Shown piece after piece: positions 1 through 9,142 of a stretch of DNA of 64,000 bases. The translations under genes and the position numbers were made by a program. The notes beneath the pieces are model-generated. The model was given only the letters and a program-made list of their open reading frames with translations. It did no database searches and was not told where the DNA came from. The stretch's first letter is position 1. Every line of letters begins with the position of its first letter. The DNA is from Gemmatimonadales bacterium. Its GTDB lineage: Bacteria > Gemmatimonadota > Gemmatimonadetes > Gemmatimonadales > GWC2-71-9. The stretch spans positions 250 to 64,249 of the forward strand of contig JBFXAS010000004.1 of the NCBI GenBank assembly GCA_050184075.1, written 5' to 3'.

Positions 1-2
1 CC

Positions 3-869
3 GTCAACCCGCTGCTCACCAGCCGGAGCGGGGTCTACTTCCAGCCTTACCTCGATCCCAAGCCGGGCTGGCGGGTGCGGATGCTGCTCGACTATGCGAG
101 CGCGGTCGAGTTCTCCTCCAGCCCGAACGCGAGCCTGGTGCTCGACGGCGAGCTGCTCCGACTCGACGCGACCGTCTCGCGGGACGTCGGGACCGGGTTC
201 GTGGGCGCGGCGCTCGGACTGAATGGCGTCTACAACGGTTTCCTGGACGGCTTTCTCGATTGGTACCACGATCTGACCGGTCTCCGGGTGACCGCCCGCG
301 AGGTCCGGCCGCGAAATCGGTTCGATTACGCCATCGCGCTGCCCAACGGCGACAGCCTGACCCGGGAGGCGTCCTCCGCCTTCCTGGGCGATCTCCGCCT
401 CTTCGGCGGCCTCCGCCATTCCCGTGCCTGGCAGACGGTGCTGGCCGTGACCCTGCCGACCACCACCGGACCGACCGGGTTCGGCAAGGGCGCCACCTCA
501 CTGAGCGCGGTGACCACGCTCCGTTCCCGGCCCGACCGGCGGGTGGTGGTGGAGGGCAGCATGGGCCTCGGCTACACCCCGTCGCACGGCGACTTGGCCG
601 AGCTGCAGCGCGAGTGGTTCCACTCGGCGAGTCTCGGCGCGCGACTCCGCTTCTGGGGCAAGCAGGCGGCGTTCGTGAACGTCTTCTATCAGTCGTCGAA
701 CTACCAGGGCACCACGCTCATGCCGCTCGACCAGCGGGAGCTGACGATCGACTACGGCTTCCTGTTGAAGGCCCGTGGCGGACCCGAGTGGTTCCTGGGC
801 ATGACGGAGGACCTGGAGCCCAACGGCCCCGCGATCGACCTCTCCTTCAGGATTGGCGCGCGGTGGTGA
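3..869 (+). CDS. Putative outer-membrane beta-barrel protein (DUF3187-like), 5' truncated by window edge
   Basis: Frame is open from position 3 (VNPLLTSRSGVYFQP...). Alternating hydrophobic beta-strands and an aromatic C-terminus (LSFRIGARW). Confidence 0.6.
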   Translation, partial: VNPLLTSRSGVYFQPYLDPKPGWRVRMLLDYASAVEFSSSPNASLVLDGELLRLDATVSRDVGTGFVGAALGLNGVYNGFLDGFLDWYHDLTGLRVTAREVRPRNRFDYAIALPNGDSLTREASSAFLGDLRLFGGLRHSRAWQTVLAVTLPTTTGPTGFGKGATSLSAVTTLRSRPDRRVVVEGSMGLGYTPSHGDLAELQREWFHSASLGARLRFWGKQAAFVNVFYQSSNYQGTTLMPLDQRELTIDYGFLLKARGGPEWFLGMTEDLEPNGPAIDLSFRIGARW

Positions 870-1089
870 AGAGGAACTGCTCGAGCTGGCCGGTCAGGAA
901 CTCCTTGGCCTTCGGCTCCCTGACGTTCAGCCCGTAGTGGTTGATCAGCTGCTGCTGGAGCTTGAGCCAGTCTTCCCAGCAGACGTTGCAGATCTCGGCA
1001 ACGATTCGTGCCCCGAGCTCGTTCGGAAAGGGACGATAGGGAACGGGGGCCCGGGTCTCCGCGCAGCGACGACAGGTGACGGTGCTCAT
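847..1089 (-). CDS. yggX: Oxidative damage protection / Fe(II)-trafficking protein (YggX family)
   Basis: P-F-P-x-E-L-G-x-R-I...W-x-x-W...LIN-x-Y-x-L...FL...FLF pattern; 80 aa. Confidence 0.85.
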   Translation of the reverse strand: MSTVTCRRCAETRAPVPYRPFPNELGARIVAEICNVCWEDWLKLQQQLINHYGLNVREPKAKEFLTGQLEQFLFTTARQS

Positions 1090-1095
1090 CCCGGG

Positions 1096-1101
1096 AAGAT
1101 A
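1096..1101 (-). promoter_or_regulatory. -10 element TATCTT 6 nt before yggX ATG (probable leaderless mRNA)
   Basis: Minus strand reads TATCTT-cccggg-ATG with no Shine-Dalgarno. Confidence 0.55.
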
Positions 1102-1105
1102 GTCC

Positions 1106-1375
1106 TCAGTCGCCGCGCTTGAGGGCCTTCACGCCACTCGCGGTGCCGAGTCCGATCCCCGCACCGAAGACGGCCGCGGTGAATCCGGTCACCAGGGGCA
1201 GGATCGCCGCCACCGGACTGGCCACGAGGGCCGCGCCCAACCCGGCCAAGATCGGCGCCAGGGGCGACTTGACGGCATCGACAAAACGGAGCCTCCGGCG
1301 CACGAAACCGCGAGCGAAGCCGAAGGCGAAGACGCCGGCCGCGACGGCGAGCGCCAGGCTGATGAGCTGCAACAT
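1106..1375 (-). CDS. Small hypothetical membrane protein (2-3 TM, Gly/Ala-rich)
   Basis: GAGGAGG RBS before ATG 1375; hydrophobic 89-aa product. Confidence 0.75.
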   Translation of the reverse strand: MLQLISLALAVAAGVFAFGFARGFVRRRLRFVDAVKSPLAPILAGLGAALVASPVAAILPLVTGFTAAVFGAGIGLGTASGVKALKRGD

Positions 1376-1430
1376 GCTGTCCCTCCTCACGATGGGGGCC
1401 TCTGCCCCAAGATCTTCCGTGCCGTTCCAG

Positions 1431-1456
1431 TACGGAACAGTCGCAGGGCCAGTTTC
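1431..1456 (-). promoter_or_regulatory. Putative ECF-sigma promoter GAAAC-N17-CGTA
   Basis: Minus strand GAAAC tggccctgcgactgttc CGTA, about 55 nt upstream of the 1375 ATG. Confidence 0.6.
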
Positions 1457-1559
1457 GCCCTAAGACTACCCCCACCCCGGCCGATACTCCCAGGCAGAGT
1501 CGATAGCCCGTCGTCGTCGAGATCGAGGATCCCAGCGCCCAACCTCGGAGGCCAGAGGC

Positions 1560-1994
1560 ATGTCCCCCAAGCACCCGACGCTCGACATCCCGAACATCGG
1601 TCCGATGGACCACGCTTGGGATGCCCTGGGTGAATGGCAGATCGAGCTCGACGCCCCCTTCCACGAGGACCCCATCGCCGGCCGGCTCGAGGTCTCGAGC
1701 TGGATGGAGGCCACGCTGGAGCTCGAGCCCTGGGGAGCCGCGGCCGCCGGGCTGCCCGAAGAGGTCACCCTGGAGCGGGCCAGCCGGGTGCACATGACCG
1801 ACGCCGGCGGCGGCGCGCTCCAGTGGGTGTTCGTGGCGCCGGAGGATGGCTGGACGGTACAGGCCACCTTGTGGCCCGGGTCGCTCCACCTGTTCGTCCA
1901 GGACATCGACGAGCCCGACGAGCAGCTCTTCCACGCCGTCGCGACCCGCGATCGAGAATACTACCTCAGGAAATACCCGCTGGTTGCCAGCTGA
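1560..1994 (+). CDS. Hypothetical acidic protein
   Basis: AGAGG RBS, protein-like composition, fills the gap between neighbours. Confidence 0.7.
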   Translation: MSPKHPTLDIPNIGPMDHAWDALGEWQIELDAPFHEDPIAGRLEVSSWMEATLELEPWGAAAAGLPEEVTLERASRVHMTDAGGGALQWVFVAPEDGWTVQATLWPGSLHLFVQDIDEPDEQLFHAVATRDREYYLRKYPLVAS

Positions 1995-2006
1995 CCCCGA
2001 TCGGGG

Positions 2007-3002
2007 TCACCAGCGGATCGCCGTGGAGCCCCAGACGAAGCCCGATCCGAACGCCGTCAGCACCAGCAGATCGCCGTCCTGGAGACGGCCGGCGCGCACG
2101 CACTCGTCGAGCGCGATCGGAATCGTCGCCGCGGTCGTATTGCCATACCGCTCTATGTTGTTCATCACCTGATCGTCGCGCAATCCCAGCTGCTTCTGGA
2201 CTGCCTCCGAGATCCGGAGGTTGGCCTGGTGTGGAATCAGCAGATCGACCTCGGCGGGCTCGCGCCCGATCGCCGAGAGGCAGGCGCGCACCGACTCGGG
2301 CATCCTGGTCACCGCGTGGCGAAAGACCTCCCGCCCGTCCATCTGCACGAAGTAGCGCCCCTCGGCATAGCGCGCCTCGCTCACCACCGGATTGTGGAGT
2401 GCGCCCGGCTCGTCGACCCAGAGCTTCTCCATGTGGGCGCCGTCCGCGTGGAGGTCAACGCTCAGTACGCCGCGATCGGCCACCTCGCTCGCGACCATCA
2501 CCACGGCCCCGGCGCCATCGGCGAAGAGCACCGCGGTGTTGCGTCCCCGGTCCGACAGGTCCATCCGGGTCGACTGGAGCTCCTGCCCAACGACCAGGAG
2601 CTTGCGGTAGAGCCCGCTCCGGATCAATGCGTCGGCCATCGCCACCGCGTAGACGAAGCCGGCGCACTGCTGTCTCACGTCGAACGCCGGGCGGGTGCCC
2701 ATGCCGAGGGCGTGCTGCAGGAGGACGCCGTTGCCGGGTAGGAAGTGGTCGGAGCTGATCGACGCGTAGACGATGGCGTCGAGGTCGCTCGCGGCGAGCC
2801 CGGCCATCTCGATCGCCCGGGTAGAGGCGCGGCGGGCGAGCTCGAGCCCCGTCTCACCGGGGCGGATCCACCGCCGCTCCCGAATGCCGGTGCGGGTGCG
2901 AATCCATTCGTCGGACGTGTCCATCACCCCGGCCAGCTCGTCGTTGGTGACGATCCGGTCGGGCACCGCGTGGCCGGTGCCGACGATCCTCGCCGTGGTC
3001 AC
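2007..3002 (-). CDS. fabH: 3-oxoacyl-ACP synthase III family protein
   Basis: DTSDEWIRTRTGI, catalytic QQCAGF, PHQANLRI, YGNT, FGSGFVWG. Confidence 0.93.
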   Translation of the reverse strand: MTTARIVGTGHAVPDRIVTNDELAGVMDTSDEWIRTRTGIRERRWIRPGETGLELARRASTRAIEMAGLAASDLDAIVYASISSDHFLPGNGVLLQHALGMGTRPAFDVRQQCAGFVYAVAMADALIRSGLYRKLLVVGQELQSTRMDLSDRGRNTAVLFADGAGAVVMVASEVADRGVLSVDLHADGAHMEKLWVDEPGALHNPVVSEARYAEGRYFVQMDGREVFRHAVTRMPESVRACLSAIGREPAEVDLLIPHQANLRISEAVQKQLGLRDDQVMNNIERYGNTTAATIPIALDECVRAGRLQDGDLLVLTAFGSGFVWGSTAIRW

Positions 3003-3029
3003 GGGGCCGGGGTCGCTCCGCGCGCGGCC

Positions 3030-4244
3030 CTACTCGTAGCGGAGGGCCTCGATCGTGTCGAGGTTGGCCGCGCGCCGCGCCGGCCAGAGCCCGAAGAAGA
3101 GCCCGACCAGCGCGCTGAACACGAAGGCCACCCCAACCGCCGTCGGCGAAATGAACGTGTTCCAGCCGAGGAAGTTGGACATCGCGTTGGCGCTCCCCGC
3201 GCCGAGCATCACGCCGAAGAGGCCGCCGACCAGACAGAGCACCACCGCCTCGACCAGGAACTGCCCCATGATCGTGCTCCGGGTGGCGCCCAGGGCCCGC
3301 CGGATCCCGATCTCGCGGGTGCGCTCGGTGACCGAGACCAGCATGATGTTCATGATCCCGATGCCGCCGACGACCAGCGAGACCGCCGCGATGCTGCCGA
3401 GCAGGTACTTGAAGATCTCGGTGGCCTGCTGCTGCGTGGCGAGGATCTCCTGCTGGTTGCGGATCTGGAAGTCGTTGTCCGCCCCGGGCAGGATCTTGTG
3501 CTCACGCCTCAGGATCCGCTCGATGTCGACCATGCCCTGCTCCAGGGTGACCCCCTCCTTCACCGCCACCGCGATCTGGCGGAGCCGGTCGGACCCCATC
3601 AGCCGGTATTGCGCCGTCTCCAGCGGCACCAGGATCTGCTCGTCGGGATTCTCCCACGACATCTGGCCGCCCTTGGCCTCGAGGATGCCGATGATCTCGA
3701 AGGGCTGGCCGCCGATCTGGACGGTCTGCTGGAGCAGCGCCGCCGGATTGACCTGGAGCAGGTCCGGCACCGCCGCGCCGAGCACCGCGAAGCGCTGCCG
3801 GCCGGCGCCGTCGCCGGCGGTGAACATCCGTCCATAGGCGAGGGTGTAATTCCGAACCCGGAGGTAGTTCGGCGTCGTGCCCAGGACCCGGATGTTGAGA
3901 TTCTGATTGACGTACTCGAACGTCATGTTGCGGCTGACCTCGGGCACCACGTCGGCGATCAGCCTGGCGTCTCGCCGGAGCGCGTCGGAATCGTCCACCG
4001 TGAGGCTCACCCGCACGTCGGAGGAGCGACCGCCGAAGAAGGACTGGCCCGGGTAGACGCTCAACACGTTGGCGCCCATCGCGGCGATCCGCTCTTCGAT
4101 CGCCCGCTGCGCGCCGGACCCCAGCGCGACCACCGCGATCACGGCGCCGACGCCGATGATGATGCCGAGCATGGTGAGCCCGGCCCGGAGCTTGTGGTCG
4201 CGGATGCTGGTCAGCGCGACCTTGAGCGTCTCGGTGGTGATCAT
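3030..4244 (-). CDS. ABC transporter permease, MacB/FtsX family
   Basis: LTMLGIIIGVGAVI, VGGIGIMNIMLVSVTERTREIGIRRALGA, C-terminal EALRYE. Confidence 0.93.
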   Translation of the reverse strand: MITTETLKVALTSIRDHKLRAGLTMLGIIIGVGAVIAVVALGSGAQRAIEERIAAMGANVLSVYPGQSFFGGRSSDVRVSLTVDDSDALRRDARLIADVVPEVSRNMTFEYVNQNLNIRVLGTTPNYLRVRNYTLAYGRMFTAGDGAGRQRFAVLGAAVPDLLQVNPAALLQQTVQIGGQPFEIIGILEAKGGQMSWENPDEQILVPLETAQYRLMGSDRLRQIAVAVKEGVTLEQGMVDIERILRREHKILPGADNDFQIRNQQEILATQQQATEIFKYLLGSIAAVSLVVGGIGIMNIMLVSVTERTREIGIRRALGATRSTIMGQFLVEAVVLCLVGGLFGVMLGAGSANAMSNFLGWNTFISPTAVGVAFVFSALVGLFFGLWPARRAANLDTIEALRYE

Positions 4245-5776
4245 CGCGATTGCCCGGCCCGCTGCGAGCCGGCCGCGCGGGTGTTCGAGCCGCTCTGGCT
4301 CTGCATGCCCGGCACCGCCCCACCGCCGGTCATCCGGCCGATCCGATCCCGGAACTCCTGCTGCGACTGCACCAGACTCGCGCTCGGAAGGATCAGCACC
4401 GAGTCCGACGCGGTGAGCCCGGAGATGACCTCGCTGTAGTCGAGGTCGGTGAGCCCGGTCCGGACGGGGACCGGAGTCGGCCGGCCGTCACGCAGCACGA
4501 AGACGATGTAGTTGCCGCCGAACTCGAAGCTGTTGCCGCCGCTGCGGGGCCGGCCGCCAGCGCGGCGCCCGCCCATGGACCGCTGCAGCTGCTGCATCAC
4601 CGCCTGCTCCTCGGCGCTGAGCTGGCCGCCGCTGAAGCGCTTGCGGAAGATCTCCCGCACCTGCGTCTCGGTGACGCCCTCGGGCAGCTGGATCGTCCGG
4701 CCGTCGGGGGTGGTCATCGTGTTGGCCGCCGGCTTCGTGGCCTCCCCGCCGGCCTTGGCCGAATCGCCGCCGGTCGACGCCGGGCGCCCGCCGCCGTTCT
4801 CCTGCTGGGCCGCGAGCATGTTCTGCAGATCCTCGTTGCTGATCCCGAGCACCTGCGCCGCGGAGCCCACGTCGCGCTGGGTCCGGAGCGCCGCGTTGGG
4901 GACGGCGAGCACGTTGTCGCGCTGGCCGATGTGGATCTCGACGTCGGCGTTCATGCCCGGCTTGAGGAGGCCGCGCCGGTTGTCGATCCGGATCAGGACC
5001 GGAAACTTGGTGACGTTCTGCTCGGTTTCCGCCTGCGGCTCGACCTTGAGCACGCTGCCCTCGAACGGCTGGTTCGGATAGGCATCCACCGTGACCGTGG
5101 CGTCGAGGTCCTCGCTGATCTTGCCGATGTCGGTCTCGTCCACCAGGGTCCGCACCTGGACCAGATTCAGGTCGGCCATGGTGAGCAGCACCGTGCCGCC
5201 GCCCACGTCGCGGGTGGGCGAGGAGATCACCTGCCCGCGCTCGGCGTTCTTGGCGATGATCGTGCCGGTGATCGGGGCGCGGACGTCGGTGTCCTCCATC
5301 TGGATCCGCGCGTTCTCGACCTCGACCTCCGCCCGCACCACCTCGGCCTTCGCGTTGGCGAGGGCGAGGATGGCGTTCTCGTGCTCTTCCTGGGTGATCG
5401 ACTGCGACTTGAAGAGCTCGTCGGCCCGGTTCTTCTGCGACTCGGCGTTGCCGAGTCGCGCCTTGGCTACCTCGAGATTGGCTTCAGCCTGATTCACGGT
5501 GTTGCGCGGGCTCCGCTGATCGACCCGCACGATCAGGGTGCCGCGTTGCACCAGCTGGCCGGTCTCCGCGCGCATCTCGAGGATCTCGCCGGAGGCCTTC
5601 GACTTGACCTCGACCACCGTGTCGGGCTGCACCGTTCCGGCCGCCCGCGCCGAGACCACGATGTTCCGGGTCTCGACCGCGACGGCCTGGTAGGGCACCG
5701 AGGGGGCCTCCTCCTTGGCGCACGCCGCCGCCAGCAGCAACAGCGCCGGGGCGCCGAGGGAAACCATCCGTGCCAT
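4241..5776 (-). CDS. Periplasmic adaptor (MacA/HlyD-type membrane fusion lipoprotein)
   Basis: Lipobox LAAAC; VEVKSKASGEI; VRAPITGTII; VDETDIGKI; LKPGMNADV; VRTGLTD. Confidence 0.9.
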   Translation of the reverse strand: MARMVSLGAPALLLLAAACAKEEAPSVPYQAVAVETRNIVVSARAAGTVQPDTVVEVKSKASGEILEMRAETGQLVQRGTLIVRVDQRSPRNTVNQAEANLEVAKARLGNAESQKNRADELFKSQSITQEEHENAILALANAKAEVVRAEVEVENARIQMEDTDVRAPITGTIIAKNAERGQVISSPTRDVGGGTVLLTMADLNLVQVRTLVDETDIGKISEDLDATVTVDAYPNQPFEGSVLKVEPQAETEQNVTKFPVLIRIDNRRGLLKPGMNADVEIHIGQRDNVLAVPNAALRTQRDVGSAAQVLGISNEDLQNMLAAQQENGGGRPASTGGDSAKAGGEATKPAANTMTTPDGRTIQLPEGVTETQVREIFRKRFSGGQLSAEEQAVMQQLQRSMGGRRAGGRPRSGGNSFEFGGNYIVFVLRDGRPTPVPVRTGLTDLDYSEVISGLTASDSVLILPSASLVQSQQEFRDRIGRMTGGGAVPGMQSQSGSNTRAAGSQRAGQSR

Positions 5777-5778
5777 CG

Positions 5779-6528
5779 TCACTTCTCCGTCATGAAGTCG
5801 CGCGCCACCTGACCATCGTGAAGATGGACCTGGCGATGCGCGTGTTCGGCAATGTCGTGTTCGTGGGTGATCAGCAGGATCGTGTGCCCTTCGGCGTGGA
5901 GCTGGTCGAAGAGCTTGAGGATCTCGATGCTGGTCTTGGAGTCCAGGTTGCCCGTGGGCTCGTCGGCGAGCAGGATGCTCGGGCTGTTGACCAGCGCGCG
6001 CGCGATGGCCACGCGCTGCCGTTGGCCGCCGGAGAGCTCGTTCGGCCGGTGATGCATCCGCTCGCCCAGCCCGACTCGACCGAGGGCCTCGATCGCGGCC
6101 GCGCGCCGCTCCTTGGAGCCAACGCCGGCATAGACCATCGGCAGCTCGACGTTCTGCAGGGCGGTCGCCCGGGGCAGCAGGTTGAAGGTCTGGAAGACGA
6201 ACCCGATCTCCTTGTTCCGGATCCGGGCCAGCTCGTCGTCCTCCAGATCGCTGACGCGGTAACCGTTCAGCCAGTATTCGCCTTCGCTGGGCGTGTCGAG
6301 ACAGCCGATCATGTTCATCAGGGTCGACTTGCCCGAGCCCGAGGGCCCCATGATCGCGACGTACTCGTTCTTCCGGATCGTCAGGTCGACCCCCTGAAGC
6401 GCGCGCACGGTCTCCGAGCCCATCTCATAGTCGCGCCGGAGGTTCCGCACCACGATGACCGCGTCACGGGGCACGTCCGGCGGCAGGAGCGCCATCCGCT
6501 CCGCGGTGGTTTCGATGCTCGCGCTCAT
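5779..6528 (-). CDS. ABC transporter ATP-binding protein (MacB/LolD-like)
   Basis: Walker A GPSGSGKS, signature LSGGQRQR, Walker [13 protein letters not shown]. Confidence 0.95.
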   Translation of the reverse strand: MSASIETTAERMALLPPDVPRDAVIVVRNLRRDYEMGSETVRALQGVDLTIRKNEYVAIMGPSGSGKSTLMNMIGCLDTPSEGEYWLNGYRVSDLEDDELARIRNKEIGFVFQTFNLLPRATALQNVELPMVYAGVGSKERRAAAIEALGRVGLGERMHHRPNELSGGQRQRVAIARALVNSPSILLADEPTGNLDSKTSIEILKLFDQLHAEGHTILLITHEHDIAEHAHRQVHLHDGQVARDFMTEK

Positions 6529-7832
6529 AGATCCCGTCCGATCAGTGCCTCGATTTGCGCCTTGGCCCGGAGATAGTCGAAGCGGGCCGTGACCAGGTCG
6601 ACCTCGGCCTGGGTCAGCGACTCCTGGGAAGTCAGCACGTCCACGATGGTCGCCACGCCGAGCCGGTAGCGCTCCTGCTGCACCCGGAGGTCCTCGGTGG
6701 CGGCGGCCAGGCTGGTCTGCGCGATCCCGATCCTGGTCTCGGCGGCGGCCAGCTCCGCGAGCCGGGTAGTCAGGTTGGCCTGCACCTCACGCTGGGTCTC
6801 GGACGCGGTTGCCTCGGCGCTTTGCGCGTTGGCGACTTGGTTGGCGATCGTCTGCTCCCGCTGGAAGCGGTTGAAGATGTCCCAGGAGAGCCGGAGCGCC
6901 ACGTTCCGCTGCTGGAGGAAATTGTAGTCGGTCTGCTGGCTGCCGTTGAGCGAGGCCGAGCCCGAGAGCGATACGGTCGGCCAATAGCCGGACCGCCCGA
7001 CCCCGACACTGGCCTGCGCCGCGCGGGCGGCCGCCTCGGCGGCCCGCACCTGCGGCGACCGGTTGAGCGCCTCGACCCGGAGCGCATCGCCCTCGACGTC
7101 CGTCACCACCCGGTAGAACGTGGAGTCGTCCTGCGCCGAGACCCGTCCATCGTAGCCGACCAGGCGGCCAAGGTTGGCCTCGGCCGTGGCGAGCTGGGTT
7201 TGGGCCTGGATCAGCTGCACCCTCGCGCTGCCCAGGGTGACCAGGGAGCGGAGCGAGTCGGAGCGGATCGCCGCGCCGGCTCGAAGCCGGGCGATCGAGA
7301 CGTTGAGCTGCTCCTCCGCGCGCCGGACGCTCGCCTCTCGCACCCGAACCAGCTGAGCGGCAGCGAGCACGTCGAAGAACTGGTTGGTGGTCTGGAGCTG
7401 CTGCTGGAAGCGCGCGTCGTCGAGGCCCTCCAGCGCCGACTCGTGCGACGCCCGCGCCGCGCGGGAGTCGGCGCTCCGGCGGAAGCCGTCGAAGAGCTCG
7501 ATGTTGGTGCTGACCGTGCCGTTGATCGAGGTGTTGGACGAATTCGAGCTCACCAGCTGCCCGGTGACCGGATCGACCCGCTGGCCCTCGGAGTAGAAGT
7601 TGCTGGCCGAGCTCGAGAACGAGAGGTTCGGGAGCCAGGCGCCCTTGGTGGAGCGGATCCGGGCGTCGGAGGTGCTCACCTGCCCGAGCGCCTGGACCAC
7701 GCGCGGCTGGACCCGTTGCGATCGCTCGATCGCCTCCTCGAGGGAGATGACCGGTCGGTCCTGAGCCGCCGCGGGACCGGCCAGCAGGACCAATCCGAGG
7801 ACGAGGGGCAACCGGGGGCTAACGTCGGCCAT
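6525..7832 (-). CDS. TolC family outer-membrane efflux protein
   Basis: Signal peptide, duplicated OEP halves (WLPNLS / YWPTVS), [13 protein letters not shown], operon context. Confidence 0.9.
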   Translation of the reverse strand: MADVSPRLPLVLGLVLLAGPAAAQDRPVISLEEAIERSQRVQPRVVQALGQVSTSDARIRSTKGAWLPNLSFSSSASNFYSEGQRVDPVTGQLVSSNSSNTSINGTVSTNIELFDGFRRSADSRAARASHESALEGLDDARFQQQLQTTNQFFDVLAAAQLVRVREASVRRAEEQLNVSIARLRAGAAIRSDSLRSLVTLGSARVQLIQAQTQLATAEANLGRLVGYDGRVSAQDDSTFYRVVTDVEGDALRVEALNRSPQVRAAEAAARAAQASVGVGRSGYWPTVSLSGSASLNGSQQTDYNFLQQRNVALRLSWDIFNRFQREQTIANQVANAQSAEATASETQREVQANLTTRLAELAAAETRIGIAQTSLAAATEDLRVQQERYRLGVATIVDVLTSQESLTQAEVDLVTARFDYLRAKAQIEALIGRDL

Positions 7833-8211
7833 GTCGCTTTCCACGTGCCTGTCGCAGGCTGTCGTACTTCGCAACCAGCGCGTTGTAGGTCTCGATCTGT
7901 GCCGGCGTGAGGATCTCCCGGATGTCCCGTCGGGTGGCTTGCCGCTCGGCAGCGAACTGCTCGCGCACGGTGGCCCAGATCGAATCCATCACCGGCTGAT
8001 GCCGTTGGAGAATCGCCACCACCGCCTCCCGCTGGCTCGCGTCGAGCTTGAGGTCGACGGCCAGTCGCTCGGCGTAGGACTGGGGCGAATAGGGATCCCG
8101 GTGCCGACCCGTGGACCGGTCGGCCAGCATCGTCGCGGCTCCACCCGCCAGCCCGCCCAGGGCGAACGCCAGCGCGAGGAGCCCGGTGGCCATCATGCGG
8201 GAGCGGCTCAT
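7819..8211 (-). CDS. Spy/CpxP-like periplasmic helical protein
   Basis: N-terminal TM, then LKLDASQ and ILTPAQ (LTxxQ-type motifs). ATG overlaps the stop of the preceding gene. Confidence 0.65.
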   Translation of the reverse strand: MSRSRMMATGLLALAFALGGLAGGAATMLADRSTGRHRDPYSPQSYAERLAVDLKLDASQREAVVAILQRHQPVMDSIWATVREQFAAERQATRRDIREILTPAQIETYNALVAKYDSLRQARGKRHGRR

Positions 8212-8552
8212 CGTCCCTCCATCACGGCGAAGGTGATCGGGCCGATGTCGGAGCCCGTCGGGGCCATCAGGGCCGCCGCGGGGACCGTCGCGGCCGAGAC
8301 CGCCGGGCGCCGCCCCCAGTTGACGTAGAGGGCCGCGCCCAACAGGAAGGCCGCCGCCATCGCCGCGGCCAGCACGCTCGGTCGGGCCCAGGTCGCGAGC
8401 ACGTCCCACTGCGAGGCGGACTCGGGCAGCTCGCGCAGCAGACGACCCATCCGATCGAGAAAACCATCGTCGTCCGGTCCGGCCAGACGCTCTCGGAGCA
8501 GCGCGCCGAGCTCCTCGTCCGGACGCCCTGACGACCACGAATCGCGCTTCAT
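8208..8552 (-). CDS. Putative single-pass anti-sigma factor
   Basis: ATGA overlap with the ECF sigma stop; cytoplasmic N-terminus followed by one TM helix. Confidence 0.65.
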   Translation of the reverse strand: MKRDSWSSGRPDEELGALLRERLAGPDDDGFLDRMGRLLRELPESASQWDVLATWARPSVLAAAMAAAFLLGAALYVNWGRRPAVSAATVPAAALMAPTGSDIGPITFAVMEGR

Positions 8553-9091
8553 GACGTACCCTCCATCACTGACGACAGGACTCGACGCAACGCCCGCCGA
8601 GCGTGAAACACATAGGACCGCACCGTTCCCTCCGGCACCCCGAGCGACTGCGCGATCTCCGCATGCGACAGCCCTTCCACGTCGAACATCGTGACCGCGA
8701 TTCGCTGTCGCTCGGGCAAGGTCGCCAGCGCCCGGTCCAGATGATCCCGCAGCACCGCGCGCTCGGCCTCGTGGTCCGGCATTGGACCGCGGTGCGGCTC
8801 CGCCTCGGTGAGCGGCTCCGCCTTGCGAACCCGCCGCCGCCGCAGCTGGTCGAGCGACGCGTTGGCCACGATCCGCAGGAACCAGGGCCGAAACGACCGG
8901 GTCGGATCGTAGCGGTCGACGGCCTGCCAGGCAGCCAGGGCCGCATCCTGCACGACGTCTTCCGCCTCGTCCCAGTTGCCCAGGACCGAATACGCCACCC
9001 GACGCGCGGTCAGGGCATGCTCGAGCACCAGGCGGCCGAACGCCTCCCGGTCTCCTCGGCTCGCTGCTTCGGCCAGTCGCGACTGGGTCAC
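8549..9091 (-). CDS. ECF (sigma-70 group 4) RNA polymerase sigma factor, 'ECF1'
   Basis: GDREAFGRLV, AEDVVQDA, FRPWFLRIVAN (region 2); LPERQR...GLSHAEIAQSLGVPEGTVRS (region 4). Start GTG 9091 inferred from promoter position. Confidence 0.93.
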   Translation of the reverse strand: MTQSRLAEAASRGDREAFGRLVLEHALTARRVAYSVLGNWDEAEDVVQDAALAAWQAVDRYDPTRSFRPWFLRIVANASLDQLRRRRVRKAEPLTEAEPHRGPMPDHEAERAVLRDHLDRALATLPERQRIAVTMFDVEGLSHAEIAQSLGVPEGTVRSYVFHARRALRRVLSSVMEGTS

Positions 9092-9100
9092 GCCCGCTAC

Positions 9101-9126
9101 TACGCCGGGAAGCCCGGGTTCGTTGA
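9101..9126 (-). promoter_or_regulatory. Putative autoregulated ECF1 promoter TCAAC-N17-CGTA
   Basis: Minus strand TCAAC gaacccgggcttcccgg CGTA, 9 nt before GTG 9091. Confidence 0.7.
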
Positions 9127-9142
9127 GCATCTGAGGACTTCC

